Sequence record: OP079919.1
Strand: one strand, 5' to 3'
DNA length: 64,000 nt
The notes beneath the pieces are model-generated. The model worked only from the letters and a program-made list of their open reading frames with translations, ran no database searches and was not told where the DNA came from. This document shows, piece after piece, positions 1-9,883 of this stretch. Each line of letters starts with the position of its first letter. Positions within the stretch are counted from its first letter, which is position 1. A program made the translations under genes and the position numbers.

Positions 1-93
1 ATGCTCAACCTGTCCGTTAGGGCTTCTCCAGTGAAGTTCTCGGAACTATTGAATTTGATATCCATTATTTATTTCCAAAAAAGAGGAACGACT

Positions 94-1209
94 ATGATCA
101 CCGCTGTGCTGTCCTGGGCATCCGCTATTATTAGCTTAGCTAAGATGCTTAATCCTGACAACAAAAACTACGATGAGAGCAAAAAGGTCATTGATAAATT
201 GGGTAGTGTGGCCGGAATCGTCAGCACGAGTTCCGCAGCTAAGTCAGCGCAACGCGCCATTATCAACCCGATGGTTGTGGTGGAGCGGCCGCTCCTCCAC
301 CAAGAATATATGAATGAACTTTTAACGATCATACAATTACGCGACATCATGAACGTCCTGACCCACCTGAGTTTGCAGGGTGAAGTTGGCGGCGTTAAGA
401 TCGCTAAACTGATCGAAGGCATTAACCCGTCCCGTTCCGGTTTCCTTTCGCTGATGGGCGCCGAGTCTTTTGGTGGAACCAACATTCTTCCACCAGTGGC
501 TGGGACAGAAGCCGATCTGGTTACCGTTAAAGATAAAGACGGTGTGATGATCGACACTAAACTTCAAAATACCCTCAACGAATATTCCCCGCTCGCTCTG
601 GGTAAAGTCGTTGGCGCCGAAGTTATCATCGATGGTAAACGCAACACGTTTCCACTGGTATTCCGCCAGGTACCGGTTCCTGCGGATACCAAACAGCTTG
701 AGAACGTATTCCAGGTAGCCAAGCCTGAAGACGGCCTGCGCATGCGTATCATGATGCTCAAAACAGGCGAAATCACACCTGCCGAGTTCCTTACCGGTAG
801 CGATCTGGTTAAGAAAGAATTCGCCGTTCGTAAGAACGATTTGACCGGGTACTACGAAGAAGCGCAAAAACGTGCGACTCGTAATCGTGCTGAGGCTATT
901 CGCACTGGCGAAGCTTCCATGAACACAATGGCGAACGTCTTCGTTATGTCTTCCGATACCGCTCGTCAGATCGAACTCGAGATCGGCTTACGTTTTGCCA
1001 ACGCCTCTTCTCGTGACCGCATTTTCAGCAAAACCGTTGCTAACACCATTGTGGTGGTCAACGAAGGCCGCGGTATATTTACGTTCTACACTCATGGCCA
1101 GGATATGCCGGAAGTGTACACGCGTTCAGAAATCAAAGTGAAGGCTGCTAAAGATACCTCTTCTAACAGTCTGCAAGATTTGCTTAAACTCTTTAACGGT
1201 GGTGTATAA
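94..1209 (+). CDS. Conserved virion (head) protein of phiKZ-like jumbo phages
   Basis: The ORF track begins at 1, but the ATG at 94 has an AGAGGA Shine-Dalgarno. It is first in a tight run of head genes and carries candidate maturation sites MGAE and AGTE. Confidence 0.55.
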   Translation: MITAVLSWASAIISLAKMLNPDNKNYDESKKVIDKLGSVAGIVSTSSAAKSAQRAIINPMVVVERPLLHQEYMNELLTIIQLRDIMNVLTHLSLQGEVGGVKIAKLIEGINPSRSGFLSLMGAESFGGTNILPPVAGTEADLVTVKDKDGVMIDTKLQNTLNEYSPLALGKVVGAEVIIDGKRNTFPLVFRQVPVPADTKQLENVFQVAKPEDGLRMRIMMLKTGEITPAEFLTGSDLVKKEFAVRKNDLTGYYEEAQKRATRNRAEAIRTGEASMNTMANVFVMSSDTARQIELEIGLRFANASSRDRIFSKTVANTIVVVNEGRGIFTFYTHGQDMPEVYTRSEIKVKAAKDTSSNSLQDLLKLFNGGV

Positions 1210-2084
1210 TGGATCTGGTGAAATACGCTAAAGGCGTAAAGTCGCTTAAAAAGAAAGACGTCTACGATACAATCGCGTTACAGAAAGGCATGGTGAACAC
1301 GATCAAAAACATGCTCGCCCTCAACGCCAGTAACGACGTCGGATACGACCAGTACGCTCAGCGCTGGGCACTGACCAAAGGGATCCTCAAAGATGTTGGT
1401 CGTCGGGTAACGAATCCGACCATGACCGACATTTTTGTCGATTCGATTAAAGGGATCGAATTCATCCTGTCTCGTCTGGAACAACAGGCTAAAGGCATCG
1501 ACGATACCATTGACGGAACAACCCTGACCATCAAAGAAACCAATATCCTGATCATCCTGGATAACATTGGTTTTTGGACAGGTTACACTCTGGACCTGGT
1601 AGAAGTCCTGTCTTCTTTTGCTCTGGAAGGCAAAGAAGATGAGCGCGGAATTAATAAAGCCGACCTGACTTTCCTTAATAAGACTTGGTCTTATTATTCC
1701 GATCTCTCGGTTCAGTTCATGGCTGAGCCCGACCAGATCGTTCGTCGTTTAGAGAAACTCTCTGACGTGCCGGCGGATCAGGATAGCGTGGATATTGTTC
1801 AGAACGCCAAAGGTCGTGACGCTGTTAACGCGATGAGAGGGTTCGGGATTCATACCGTTCTGCCGGCCTACTGGATTCTCGATATTAAGAAAAATATCGA
1901 TCTCGGTCGTATCAAAGCTAATCAGAAGCGCATCGAAATTCACTCGATGAAACTTGAGCAGCTGATGAACAAACGTAATGGTAGCAACGATCCTCACTTG
2001 GATCGCCAGATTGAAATCTACCAAAACGACATCATCAAGGCTAAGGCTAAAATCGAAGATATCGTTGAAAGTTATCAGGTGTAA
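1209..2084 (+). CDS. Virion (head) protein, 291 aa, with C-terminal coiled coil
   Basis: TAATG stop/start overlap with the upstream gene (translational coupling); host-optimised codons; position in the head gene cluster. Confidence 0.5.
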   Translation: MDLVKYAKGVKSLKKKDVYDTIALQKGMVNTIKNMLALNASNDVGYDQYAQRWALTKGILKDVGRRVTNPTMTDIFVDSIKGIEFILSRLEQQAKGIDDTIDGTTLTIKETNILIILDNIGFWTGYTLDLVEVLSSFALEGKEDERGINKADLTFLNKTWSYYSDLSVQFMAEPDQIVRRLEKLSDVPADQDSVDIVQNAKGRDAVNAMRGFGIHTVLPAYWILDIKKNIDLGRIKANQKRIEIHSMKLEQLMNKRNGSNDPHLDRQIEIYQNDIIKAKAKIEDIVESYQV

Positions 2085-2095
2085 GGGAGTCCATT

Positions 2096-2611
2096 ATGCC
2101 GAATTACCGTTCGAGCAAATACGGTATGGTGAGTGCCGATCTTTTGGATCCCTCCCTTACCGCTGTTAACGATCTATTAAAACTCTATCTCAGAAATGCG
2201 GGCCAAGATTTCGAATTCGGCATTGCGCCTAAGAACATTCAGGAAGTGTTCCGGAATGTCAACACTCTGATGGCTAACGATTTCCGTGCTTGGCTGGCGG
2301 CTAACTACAACGATGGCGTTGGGCTACGGTCAGATATGGTCCGTCGGGTGCTGGGTTTTCTTTCTGGTGAGCTGACGGGTCAGCTGGTCGTAGAAGGTAT
2401 CCGGATGGACCAGATCAAGGTCAGACATCTGAAACGCATCGGTGGGGAGGCTAAACCTTATCTCCCCACCCCTACCAAAAGAAATGAAAAATGGCATGAT
2501 GCTCTGAACAATGTCTTGCCTAACGATTTCTACAGTTTGGTAGAGGGTATCGGCTTACAGGCATTGGTTTGTCTAATGCTGACTTTAAGTGGGGAAACAG
2601 GCGATGTCTGA
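2096..2611 (+). CDS. Hypothetical/virion protein, 171 aa
   Basis: GGGAG SD before the ATG; tiles the operon without a gap. Confidence 0.5.
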   Translation: MPNYRSSKYGMVSADLLDPSLTAVNDLLKLYLRNAGQDFEFGIAPKNIQEVFRNVNTLMANDFRAWLAANYNDGVGLRSDMVRRVLGFLSGELTGQLVVEGIRMDQIKVRHLKRIGGEAKPYLPTPTKRNEKWHDALNNVLPNDFYSLVEGIGLQALVCLMLTLSGETGDV

Positions 2612-3899
2612 TATCGATAAGATTTCAAAAGAACTTTCGGAGATCTCTATCACTCACTCCTCTGAGTTAATCGAAGCTGCCGAAGAATCCAACCAGATGG
2701 CTGAATTTGCCGATCGACTTTCTGAGTCGGCTGACAGGGCTTTGGTTATAAAAGAAATGCTTCAGAACGTTAACCCTACCGCGGTAACCGTTTCTTTTGG
2801 CTCAGCCATCGATAAACAGTTAAACCGTATTGGGGTGATGGACGTCATTAATAAGACGTCAACTGACGTTTTAGGCGCAGAAGCGTTGGGAAGAACCCTG
2901 ATGCCTTCGGTCTATCTCCAAAGCCGTATAGCCGGCTGTGAGTCTTTTATCGGCGACGCCTTATCCAAGGCTAAGAAAATGCTGATAGCGGCGTCTGAGG
3001 GCATTAGGGACCGTTATATTCTCATTAAGGAATCTAATCGTTCTTTGGCGAGAAGAATTCTCTTAGTAGAAGAGAAGTTGAGTAAAGCCCCAGGTCCTTT
3101 AGTTCATGGTCAGTTTAAAATTAAACTTGATCGTAATCCTCGGCTTTTCCTGGTTGATGGCGTGGTTAAAGAGCAGTGGGGAGCACAACTTGAGCGAGTA
3201 GATAAATCCATTTCTGCGCTCATGTCGAACTACTACAAAAATAACCGCAGTTCTATCAACGAACTTCTTTCTTATTTCGGTGGGTTCTCCCATCTCGAAG
3301 AAGACCGTGCTATCGAACGTCTTTTGTCTATGCCGAGTATGATCAGCCACTACACCTTCAAGGAATGCTTATATCCCAACCGGGAGCTTTCTAAGGACGG
3401 TGTGAAGGTAATGCAGTCAGTGGAACTTATGGGCGGTCGTCGTTTCCTTAACGCGGTGTATGAGAAGAAACCAAAGCAGCTTGAGTCTCTGGAAGAACTC
3501 TCTCGGTACTTCACCCAGATCCTTGAAAACGAATACGTTAAGTTCGTTGCCACCGAAAAAGTTGAATTGAATAAAGATATTGAGATCTCCAGTCTCTCTA
3601 CTTTAGAAATCAAGGTTATTCTTAAACTCTGTTCAGGTATCCTTGATAAAACAGAAAGCCTGTTCAGCGAAGGCGATCAGTATTCGGTGGAAGGAAAGGA
3701 TTATTTGGAAATGATTAATGTCATTTCTGATAACAACTGGGATGACAAACTCAAGTCTACCGTCGTCAGGTATTTCGAACAGCTCGCTTTGAAATATAAT
3801 AAAGAGATGCTGAACAACCGTGTGGCGGTGGTGGAATACCTGACCCTGCTTATCAATGGACTGTTAAACATCGCTGAACGCAGCATAGACGGCGAATAG
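2604..3899 (+). CDS. Internal head protein (processed type)
   Basis: Likely start is the ATG at 2604 (MSDIDK), after GGGGA/AGG. Acidic N-terminal region, then LGAE and AGCE sites followed by a helical segment, as in the neighbouring head paralogs. Confidence 0.55.
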   Translation: MSDIDKISKELSEISITHSSELIEAAEESNQMAEFADRLSESADRALVIKEMLQNVNPTAVTVSFGSAIDKQLNRIGVMDVINKTSTDVLGAEALGRTLMPSVYLQSRIAGCESFIGDALSKAKKMLIAASEGIRDRYILIKESNRSLARRILLVEEKLSKAPGPLVHGQFKIKLDRNPRLFLVDGVVKEQWGAQLERVDKSISALMSNYYKNNRSSINELLSYFGGFSHLEEDRAIERLLSMPSMISHYTFKECLYPNRELSKDGVKVMQSVELMGGRRFLNAVYEKKPKQLESLEELSRYFTQILENEYVKFVATEKVELNKDIEISSLSTLEIKVILKLCSGILDKTESLFSEGDQYSVEGKDYLEMINVISDNNWDDKLKSTVVRYFEQLALKYNKEMLNNRVAVVEYLTLLINGLLNIAERSIDGE

Positions 3900-3907
3900 G
3901 AGGTATC

Positions 3908-4882
3908 ATGTCGCTAGAGCGCATTATGCTTTCTAAAAAGGCACAGAACCAACATCAGGATTTGATGGATGTGTTGAATCAGTTTAACGTCGTTATGGGA
4001 AACGAAACCCTATTTGACGACGTTAAGCTTATCGGTACAAACGTTTTATCCCGGACTGCTGTGTTGGCTGGAAAAGGTATAACTGAGCTGAACAATCTCT
4101 TTACTGTTGGTACTCGTAAGGCCATGGTGAAGTTTGGGACTAATCGTCAGGCTATCTCTGTTTTATCCAGGGATGTCCCTAAACGAGAGCTCAAAGAAGA
4201 GGTTGTTCTTCCAGCATCTTTTGTCAACAATGTGACCTCAGAGGGTGACCTGGGTACAGTTATCGATGATACTCGAGCCCTCGGCCAAACTCTGGATTTG
4301 TTGGTCCGTCATCTCAATGATATCGACGGATACCTGAAACAGCAACTGGGTTACGTAAAGGACATTGGGAACGTTCGTACTAATGATCAGGGCGTGGCTT
4401 TGATTCAGAAATACGACAAACTATCCTATCCGGCATTACAACTACCTATTCACGCTAATTTTATAGCCTCTTCGCACCCCTTGCCCGGAGGGAAGATTTT
4501 AACTTACGATGATAAACGTCATGTTTATTCTATGTCTGGTAAAAAGCCCCACGGCGAAGCCCAACCTTATCCTGCTCAATTAGATACGGTTGGATGGTTA
4601 CGAGCGGTTAATGGTGTCAACGATCATTTACAGCGCTTAATCAAGTATATGTACGAGTACAATACTTTTGTTAAGAACTGGGCTAGTGCGGTGAAATCAG
4701 CGTACCCTCATCTCGAAAGAGAAGATAACCTGAGTGAGTCCGTTTCTAAGCAGCTCGAAAGAATGCTTGATGGTAACGTCAACATTATGCAATTGTATAG
4801 CGGATTACTCCCTCGTCTTATTGGATACACGGATAAGTATATCCAGGATGTGTTAGGGTCCGTCAACAAACTTCTTAATTAA
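3908..4882 (+). CDS. Internal head protein, 324 aa
   Basis: GGAGG SD; MGNE candidate cleavage site near residue 32; located in the head cluster. Confidence 0.5.
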   Translation: MSLERIMLSKKAQNQHQDLMDVLNQFNVVMGNETLFDDVKLIGTNVLSRTAVLAGKGITELNNLFTVGTRKAMVKFGTNRQAISVLSRDVPKRELKEEVVLPASFVNNVTSEGDLGTVIDDTRALGQTLDLLVRHLNDIDGYLKQQLGYVKDIGNVRTNDQGVALIQKYDKLSYPALQLPIHANFIASSHPLPGGKILTYDDKRHVYSMSGKKPHGEAQPYPAQLDTVGWLRAVNGVNDHLQRLIKYMYEYNTFVKNWASAVKSAYPHLEREDNLSESVSKQLERMLDGNVNIMQLYSGLLPRLIGYTDKYIQDVLGSVNKLLN

Positions 4883-4919
4883 TAAGTTTTACATCAAATC
4901 TCTCTAGAGGATTTAAAGA

Positions 4920-6185
4920 ATGAGTAAATTGTTACTGGATCTGCTGGCTCGTCAGGGCAACGAAAACCTGGAAATCGAACTGGGTAATGGCGATACCGCT
5001 GTGATCGTTCCTGAGTCGGCCGAAGAAATCGCTGAAATGGCTGCTGAAAACGTCCTCGCTGAAACTTCCGAAGAACTGGAAGAACACGCCGACGACGTTG
5101 AAGACCTGTGCGACAAAGTTGAAGAACTGGAAGAGCAGGTTGAAGAACTGCAAGAAGTCGTTGAAGGCGCCGAAGCCCTCCTGCAACCGGGTACCCAGTG
5201 GAACCCTGCTGCGTTCGCCCTGCTGTATACCCGTGGTGAAAAACTGAACGCCAAAATGAGCGATACCGCTGTCCCGGTTATGGGTGCGGAATCTCTGGCT
5301 GACGCGACTACCGCCGAACTGTCTGCTCGTGAAGGCCTGGAAGCCATGGGCGCCACCGTGAAAAAATGGGGCTCTCAGGCGATCGCTTTCATCAAGAAAA
5401 TCTGGGATAGCCTGATCGCTTTCATCAAAGGCCTGTTCTCCAAAGCCACCGCGGTTAAGAACAAAGCGAAAGCTGTTGCCGCTCGCCTGGAAAAAACCGA
5501 AAAACTGAAAGAAACCATCAAGCTGGGCAAATGGAACGCGTTTGTCGGTGTTGGCGAAGGTCAGCCTAAATCTGCAACCGGTCTGTCCACTCTGATCGGC
5601 GCTGCCGGTAAAGTGGTAGCGGGTTCTGAAGCTCTGCTGTCTTCTCCGGGTAACGCCGCTGCGCTGGCAGGTCCGGTTAAAGAACTGAGCTCCGCTGCAG
5701 CTGGCCTGGACTCTGTTTTCGGCCCGGCTAAGAAAGCTGGCGGCGACAAAGCTGTTGCCGCTCACCAGTGGCGTGGTCTGACCATCGCGGTCGGTTATTA
5801 CGCTGGTAAAGTCGAAACCTTCGAAGATGTTGCGAAAGCCGCTAAAGCCATCCGCATCTCCTGGAAAGTTTCCGGCGGTAAAACCTCTGGCGAACACAAA
5901 GTCACCGACGGCAAAGACGCGCTGAAAAAATACATCAGCGACGCCAACGCTCTGGTTGACTCCATCGCTTCTTCTAAAGTTGAAGCGCAGTATGGCGCGG
6001 CTAAACGCGATCGCATCATCGGCCTGCTGAAAGCAGCTGATACCAAAGACGGCGAAGACGTGGGTAAAGCAGTTAACGCAGTGAAAGCTGCTCAGACCGC
6101 TCTGTCCTCTGTAACGACTTCCGCGACCCGTCTGGGCCTGGCTATCGCTAACGGCGAACTCGACTACGTACGTGCTTGCCTGTAA
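4920..6185 (+). CDS. Abundant internal head/ejection protein (phiKZ internal-protein paralog family, PF12699-like)
   Basis: Very strong highly-expressed codon bias; Glu-rich propeptide with GNE, GAE, GAE and GLE sites; amphipathic helix (AMGATVKKWGSQAIAFIKKIWDSLIAFIKGLF) after the last site; Ala/Lys-rich mature part. Confidence 0.7.
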   Translation: MSKLLLDLLARQGNENLEIELGNGDTAVIVPESAEEIAEMAAENVLAETSEELEEHADDVEDLCDKVEELEEQVEELQEVVEGAEALLQPGTQWNPAAFALLYTRGEKLNAKMSDTAVPVMGAESLADATTAELSAREGLEAMGATVKKWGSQAIAFIKKIWDSLIAFIKGLFSKATAVKNKAKAVAARLEKTEKLKETIKLGKWNAFVGVGEGQPKSATGLSTLIGAAGKVVAGSEALLSSPGNAAALAGPVKELSSAAAGLDSVFGPAKKAGGDKAVAAHQWRGLTIAVGYYAGKVETFEDVAKAAKAIRISWKVSGGKTSGEHKVTDGKDALKKYISDANALVDSIASSKVEAQYGAAKRDRIIGLLKAADTKDGEDVGKAVNAVKAAQTALSSVTTSATRLGLAIANGELDYVRACL

Positions 6186-6213
6186 TCCCTCGGGATGGTT
6201 GTTTAAATCAAGA

Positions 6214-6248
6214 GAGGGGAGTCCTTAGGGGCTCCCCTCCCTATTTTG
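6214..6248 (+). terminator. Intrinsic terminator-like hairpin
   Basis: GAGGGGAGTCC-TTAG-GGGCTCCCCTC stem (one G-U pair), followed by CCTATTTT. Confidence 0.7.
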
Positions 6249-6263
6249 CATTTGAGAGGATTT

Positions 6264-7337
6264 ATGTCTACCCCTTACACTCAAAAAGGCATGTCCATGT
6301 CTCTCGCAGAAGAATACGAGGGAGATAAAAAGAAATTAGATCGTTACATTGAAGGTACTCCTGATAACGTAGGGCGGTATAAAAAAGTAGCGTCAGTTAT
6401 TGGTAAAGAGCCCGGCCATCTTACTGTCGATAAAGATACGGGAGACAATACCGCCGGCACAGAAGAGTTTGACATAGACGAAGCTGTTCTTAACTTCCCA
6501 GAAGATGAAAATGTTGCTGGGATGGAAGACTTCGTGGAATTTGCTAAGAAGGCGGTAGTTCGGTTAATGCGGATGATTAAGAATGCCGCTATCTTTATTT
6601 ATGAACTCGTCTTTAACAAGATTAGCCGCATTAAACACATTGCTCGTAAAGCAGAATATCAATTAAGAACACAGAGCCTAATACCCACTACCGCGCCTTA
6701 CCCCAAAGGGACGCGTAAGATATTCATAGGACCGGCTTTACAGCTCAATGCTAACTGGACCCTTAAAAGCATTCAACAGGTCCAACTGTTTTACACCAGA
6801 CTGATGAAAGCGCACGGTAATTTATTGGATGCGGCTAAATCGGGTAATTGGAGAAACAACCCTAATTTCATTTTTGAAACTGCCGCTACCTTCGCTAATG
6901 AAATTTGTCAGAATCATCACAGCGATTATTCTGAAACCCAAGTTCTCCCAGGCGGGAAAATATACAGGGTGAATTATTCCAAAGGCAGTGGAAATAATCG
7001 TCCCGGCGTTTCCCTTACCCAGAAACTCTCTATTCAACTCAAGGATAAGTCCTTTAAACCGGATAGAGCTATTGCCGACGATCTCATGACGGCCCTGCAA
7101 GGATTCGCAGATAAGATCGGTAACGATCACCGTAGTCAAACCAGCACTTCCAGAAAAATGGAAGCGGCGATAAGAGACCTGGAACGTTATTATGTCGATC
7201 CTGAGGCAAAACGCCATGCGGCGGCTTACTTCACTTGGTTGATCGATTTCCAGCGCTCGGTTCTCAGTACCGGTCTTCAATATGTTTTCGGAACTTTGTT
7301 CGGTTACGCTGAATTCATTTCGGCCAATGTTAAGTAG
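6264..7337 (+). CDS. Internal head protein paralog
   Basis: ATG at 6264 with GAGAGGA SD; acidic propeptide with AGTE and AGME sites, then an amphipathic helix (DFVEFAKKAVVRLMRMIKNAAIFIYELVF). Confidence 0.6.
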   Translation: MSTPYTQKGMSMSLAEEYEGDKKKLDRYIEGTPDNVGRYKKVASVIGKEPGHLTVDKDTGDNTAGTEEFDIDEAVLNFPEDENVAGMEDFVEFAKKAVVRLMRMIKNAAIFIYELVFNKISRIKHIARKAEYQLRTQSLIPTTAPYPKGTRKIFIGPALQLNANWTLKSIQQVQLFYTRLMKAHGNLLDAAKSGNWRNNPNFIFETAATFANEICQNHHSDYSETQVLPGGKIYRVNYSKGSGNNRPGVSLTQKLSIQLKDKSFKPDRAIADDLMTALQGFADKIGNDHRSQTSTSRKMEAAIRDLERYYVDPEAKRHAAAYFTWLIDFQRSVLSTGLQYVFGTLFGYAEFISANVK

Positions 7338-7345
7338 AGGTAGTT

Positions 7346-7756
7346 ATGTCAGCGGGTGTTATTAGCAAGAACATGTGGGTGAGTCTACTCTCTAAAGCCC
7401 TCAACGCCGATGCAAGTGTATTAGAATCTCAGACGTTTGTTTTTTCGCCGAGTAGCTCCGACGAGTTAGTTAGAGTTAATGACGTCAGAAGCCCTGACTC
7501 ACCTGTCGTGATGAATAAGTTTGATTTCGGTGAACTCACCTACGGGAGAAAGTTCGACGTTCGGCACATTCTTCAGGATTCTGAAAACAAAACAGCCGAT
7601 GAGATTTTTGATTATTGGAAGAAATTGGTGCGACTAGATGACCTTGATCGCGGCGAGGTTGATTTGGTTAAAGACGGGTCGATCCTTTATATCTATTTCA
7701 AATCTTCATCTATCTGTTTCAAAGGAAGCGTTGAGGTGACGTATGCGGATCGGTAA
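7346..7756 (+). CDS. Small virion protein of a jumbo-phage paralog family
   Basis: GAGG SD. The C-terminal motif FKSSSICFKGSVEV matches ILSSSLMYKGSFGL (9090 gene) and VAKDSLRFTGSFSI (32559 gene). Confidence 0.5.
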   Translation: MSAGVISKNMWVSLLSKALNADASVLESQTFVFSPSSSDELVRVNDVRSPDSPVVMNKFDFGELTYGRKFDVRHILQDSENKTADEIFDYWKKLVRLDDLDRGEVDLVKDGSILYIYFKSSSICFKGSVEVTYADR

Positions 7757-9083
7757 TTATTTATTTCAAAACATACGTACCGCTTTGACCCTATTGGGTA
7801 TTGTGTTTCAGATTCAAACGAGGAAACCTACTCAAGAAGAGTCAGATATTCTCGTTAACGGATTCAGGGAACTTGACGTTTCGCCTGCAGTTTATCAAGA
7901 AAACGCATTACTGGCCTTACAGCTAGTGATTAAACGTTATATAGAGGATCTGGAAGCGTCCTTCTATGAACTTAGTCAATTACACGGATTAGTCCCAAAA
8001 TCTCTTCATAACGTGTTAGGGGAGCTTATAGAGGGAATTAGGAAAACAAACAGCGACGACCTTGTGGAATATTTCGATGAGGGGTTGTTAAAAGAACAAT
8101 CCATTCGTAGTTTGTTTACGCCTATCCCTGAAGATGAACTCGTCAATTCCGAACATTACGAGACGCTCAAAAGCATTTATAACGAAACCGTTACCAATCT
8201 CCTCAACGAATTGGAAGAGACCATTGATCCTTCAATTCTTCCGGTAATAGAAGATGGCGTACGCGATCTTAATTTGATCGAATTTATTTTACAGTATTTC
8301 GAATTGTCTAATTACGACAATGTCTCGGAGGAAGAGATGAAATATAGTCAGGTTAAAGCCAAGCTTGATGAAATCGAAACTGCGGTCATTAGCGGGGCGG
8401 AAGAATTCAAAACCCTCATTAACGATTCTCCAGTATCGGGAATGGAAGCCGGGTTTGTCGATACCGTTAAAGCCGGGATTGCCAAAGTCGTTGACGCCAT
8501 CAAAACCGCACTGAAAACCCTTCTCGATTTCTTTGCTGGACGTAAGAAAGATGCCGCGACTCAGATCGCAGATATCAAAGAGAAGTTCAATAAGCAAATC
8601 GAAGATCTAAAGGCTGCCGGTAACGATAAGCTTGAGATCGATCAAGAGAATATCAAGAAAACCATTGATATGTTGGAGAAGGCTGATCTTAGCGAAGTCG
8701 CCAATCATTTCAAAGGGGTAAACGATGCAACAGGTGCTATCTCAGCATACACCGCGGCATTGTCCGATCTGGAAAAACTCTGCAAGCCAGATGATGCTGA
8801 TAAACAATTGGGGGATACGCAAAGTAAACTCAATGAGCTTTCCGGCACCCAGGTCAACGTGAACAACGACGCCCCAGCAGAAGAGAAGTCAACCCTGAAA
8901 GAGGTCGTTAGCGAGCGCACCAAAGCTCTACAAGAGAAGTTCGCAGAAGCCAAAGAGAGCGTGAAGAATTTTATCAAACCTCTGTCCGCCATGGAGCGTC
9001 TCAATAGCACTCTGGGTAAAGTCATCAAAAAGAAATCAGAGAAGGAAGAAAAAGTCTCTGGTAACGAAGCCTGGATGGAGTAA
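7743..9083 (+). CDS. Head protein with long acidic propeptide
   Basis: GAGGTG SD; SGAE and SGME sites, then an amphipathic helix (AGFVDTVKAGIAKVVDAIKTALKTLLDFF); coiled-coil mature region. Confidence 0.55.
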   Translation: MRIGNYLFQNIRTALTLLGIVFQIQTRKPTQEESDILVNGFRELDVSPAVYQENALLALQLVIKRYIEDLEASFYELSQLHGLVPKSLHNVLGELIEGIRKTNSDDLVEYFDEGLLKEQSIRSLFTPIPEDELVNSEHYETLKSIYNETVTNLLNELEETIDPSILPVIEDGVRDLNLIEFILQYFELSNYDNVSEEEMKYSQVKAKLDEIETAVISGAEEFKTLINDSPVSGMEAGFVDTVKAGIAKVVDAIKTALKTLLDFFAGRKKDAATQIADIKEKFNKQIEDLKAAGNDKLEIDQENIKKTIDMLEKADLSEVANHFKGVNDATGAISAYTAALSDLEKLCKPDDADKQLGDTQSKLNELSGTQVNVNNDAPAEEKSTLKEVVSERTKALQEKFAEAKESVKNFIKPLSAMERLNSTLGKVIKKKSEKEEKVSGNEAWME

Positions 9084-9089
9084 AGAGAA

Positions 9090-9878
9090 ATGATTAATTC
9101 TGCTTTCACTCCCGGATTTTTAGCGGTGCTGGGTTCGCAATACACCCTTACTGACATCCAATCTGTTGACGACGCTACGAGTGAACTCAAAGCAACTTTA
9201 GGGGAAACTCCAAAAACCTTCAGATTCCCAAAAATGGATATTGGGGATATGTTCGTTGGTGCGCCTCTTATCAGCTTCGGTACCTCCGGTGAACTCATTA
9301 ACGACGTGATCGCCAGGGCCATGGACTATCATGAAGCTGGATTAGTTAGCGGTGTGGATTTCGATTTAGGCGAAGAGCAATTAGATTTCCAAGAAGGTAC
9401 AAGCGTTTACCTTAATGTTAAGATACTCTCTTCATCTTTAATGTACAAAGGGAGTTTCGGCCTGACGGTTTATCGTGCTGACTTGTCGCCACTCACCCAG
9501 CCTATTGAACGTGATCTGACATCAACGATTCCTGATTACTCTTCACTGGACTGGATGGTGTATCTCAGTACTCGGATTTTTAATGTCGAGTACGATATTG
9601 AAATCGGCGATGTCATTCCTGAGTCTTGGAAAACCCCGCTGTGGCCATTGCTTTACGCCATGGATCAGGCTTTCAATATCGACGATGTGTTAGACGCCAT
9701 TACGGGTTCCGAAGTGCTGGAAAAATACACGGATGAAATTTCCAACCTGTTGGTGATCAAGTTAGAGAGCGGAGAACTCACCCTTCGGTACACCTTTGAC
9801 AAGACACAGACCGTGACCTACATTACTGATTTTGAACTCCCTGGCGACCCAGCTATCACAGACGCGTTACTCCCTTAA
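9090..9878 (+). CDS. Virion protein containing the same paralog domain as the 7346 and 32559 genes
   Basis: Shared ..D(I/F)G....S(S/L)..(F/Y)xGS motif pattern; operon context. Confidence 0.45.
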   Translation: MINSAFTPGFLAVLGSQYTLTDIQSVDDATSELKATLGETPKTFRFPKMDIGDMFVGAPLISFGTSGELINDVIARAMDYHEAGLVSGVDFDLGEEQLDFQEGTSVYLNVKILSSSLMYKGSFGLTVYRADLSPLTQPIERDLTSTIPDYSSLDWMVYLSTRIFNVEYDIEIGDVIPESWKTPLWPLLYAMDQAFNIDDVLDAITGSEVLEKYTDEISNLLVIKLESGELTLRYTFDKTQTVTYITDFELPGDPAITDALLP

Positions 9879-9883
9879 CAACG

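Noticed and set aside
1-93. N-terminal extension of the first ORF starting at base 1
   Set aside because: The good SD lies before the ATG at 94. Similar over-extended starts were trimmed at 2589, 6246, 14809, 35020, 37669, 40819 and 52282.
4932-5897. 321-aa antisense ORF (and nested 134, 62 and 82 aa ORFs) inside the 4920 head gene
   Set aside because: The same codon-bias shadow effect; the F/G-rich translation is not a plausible protein.
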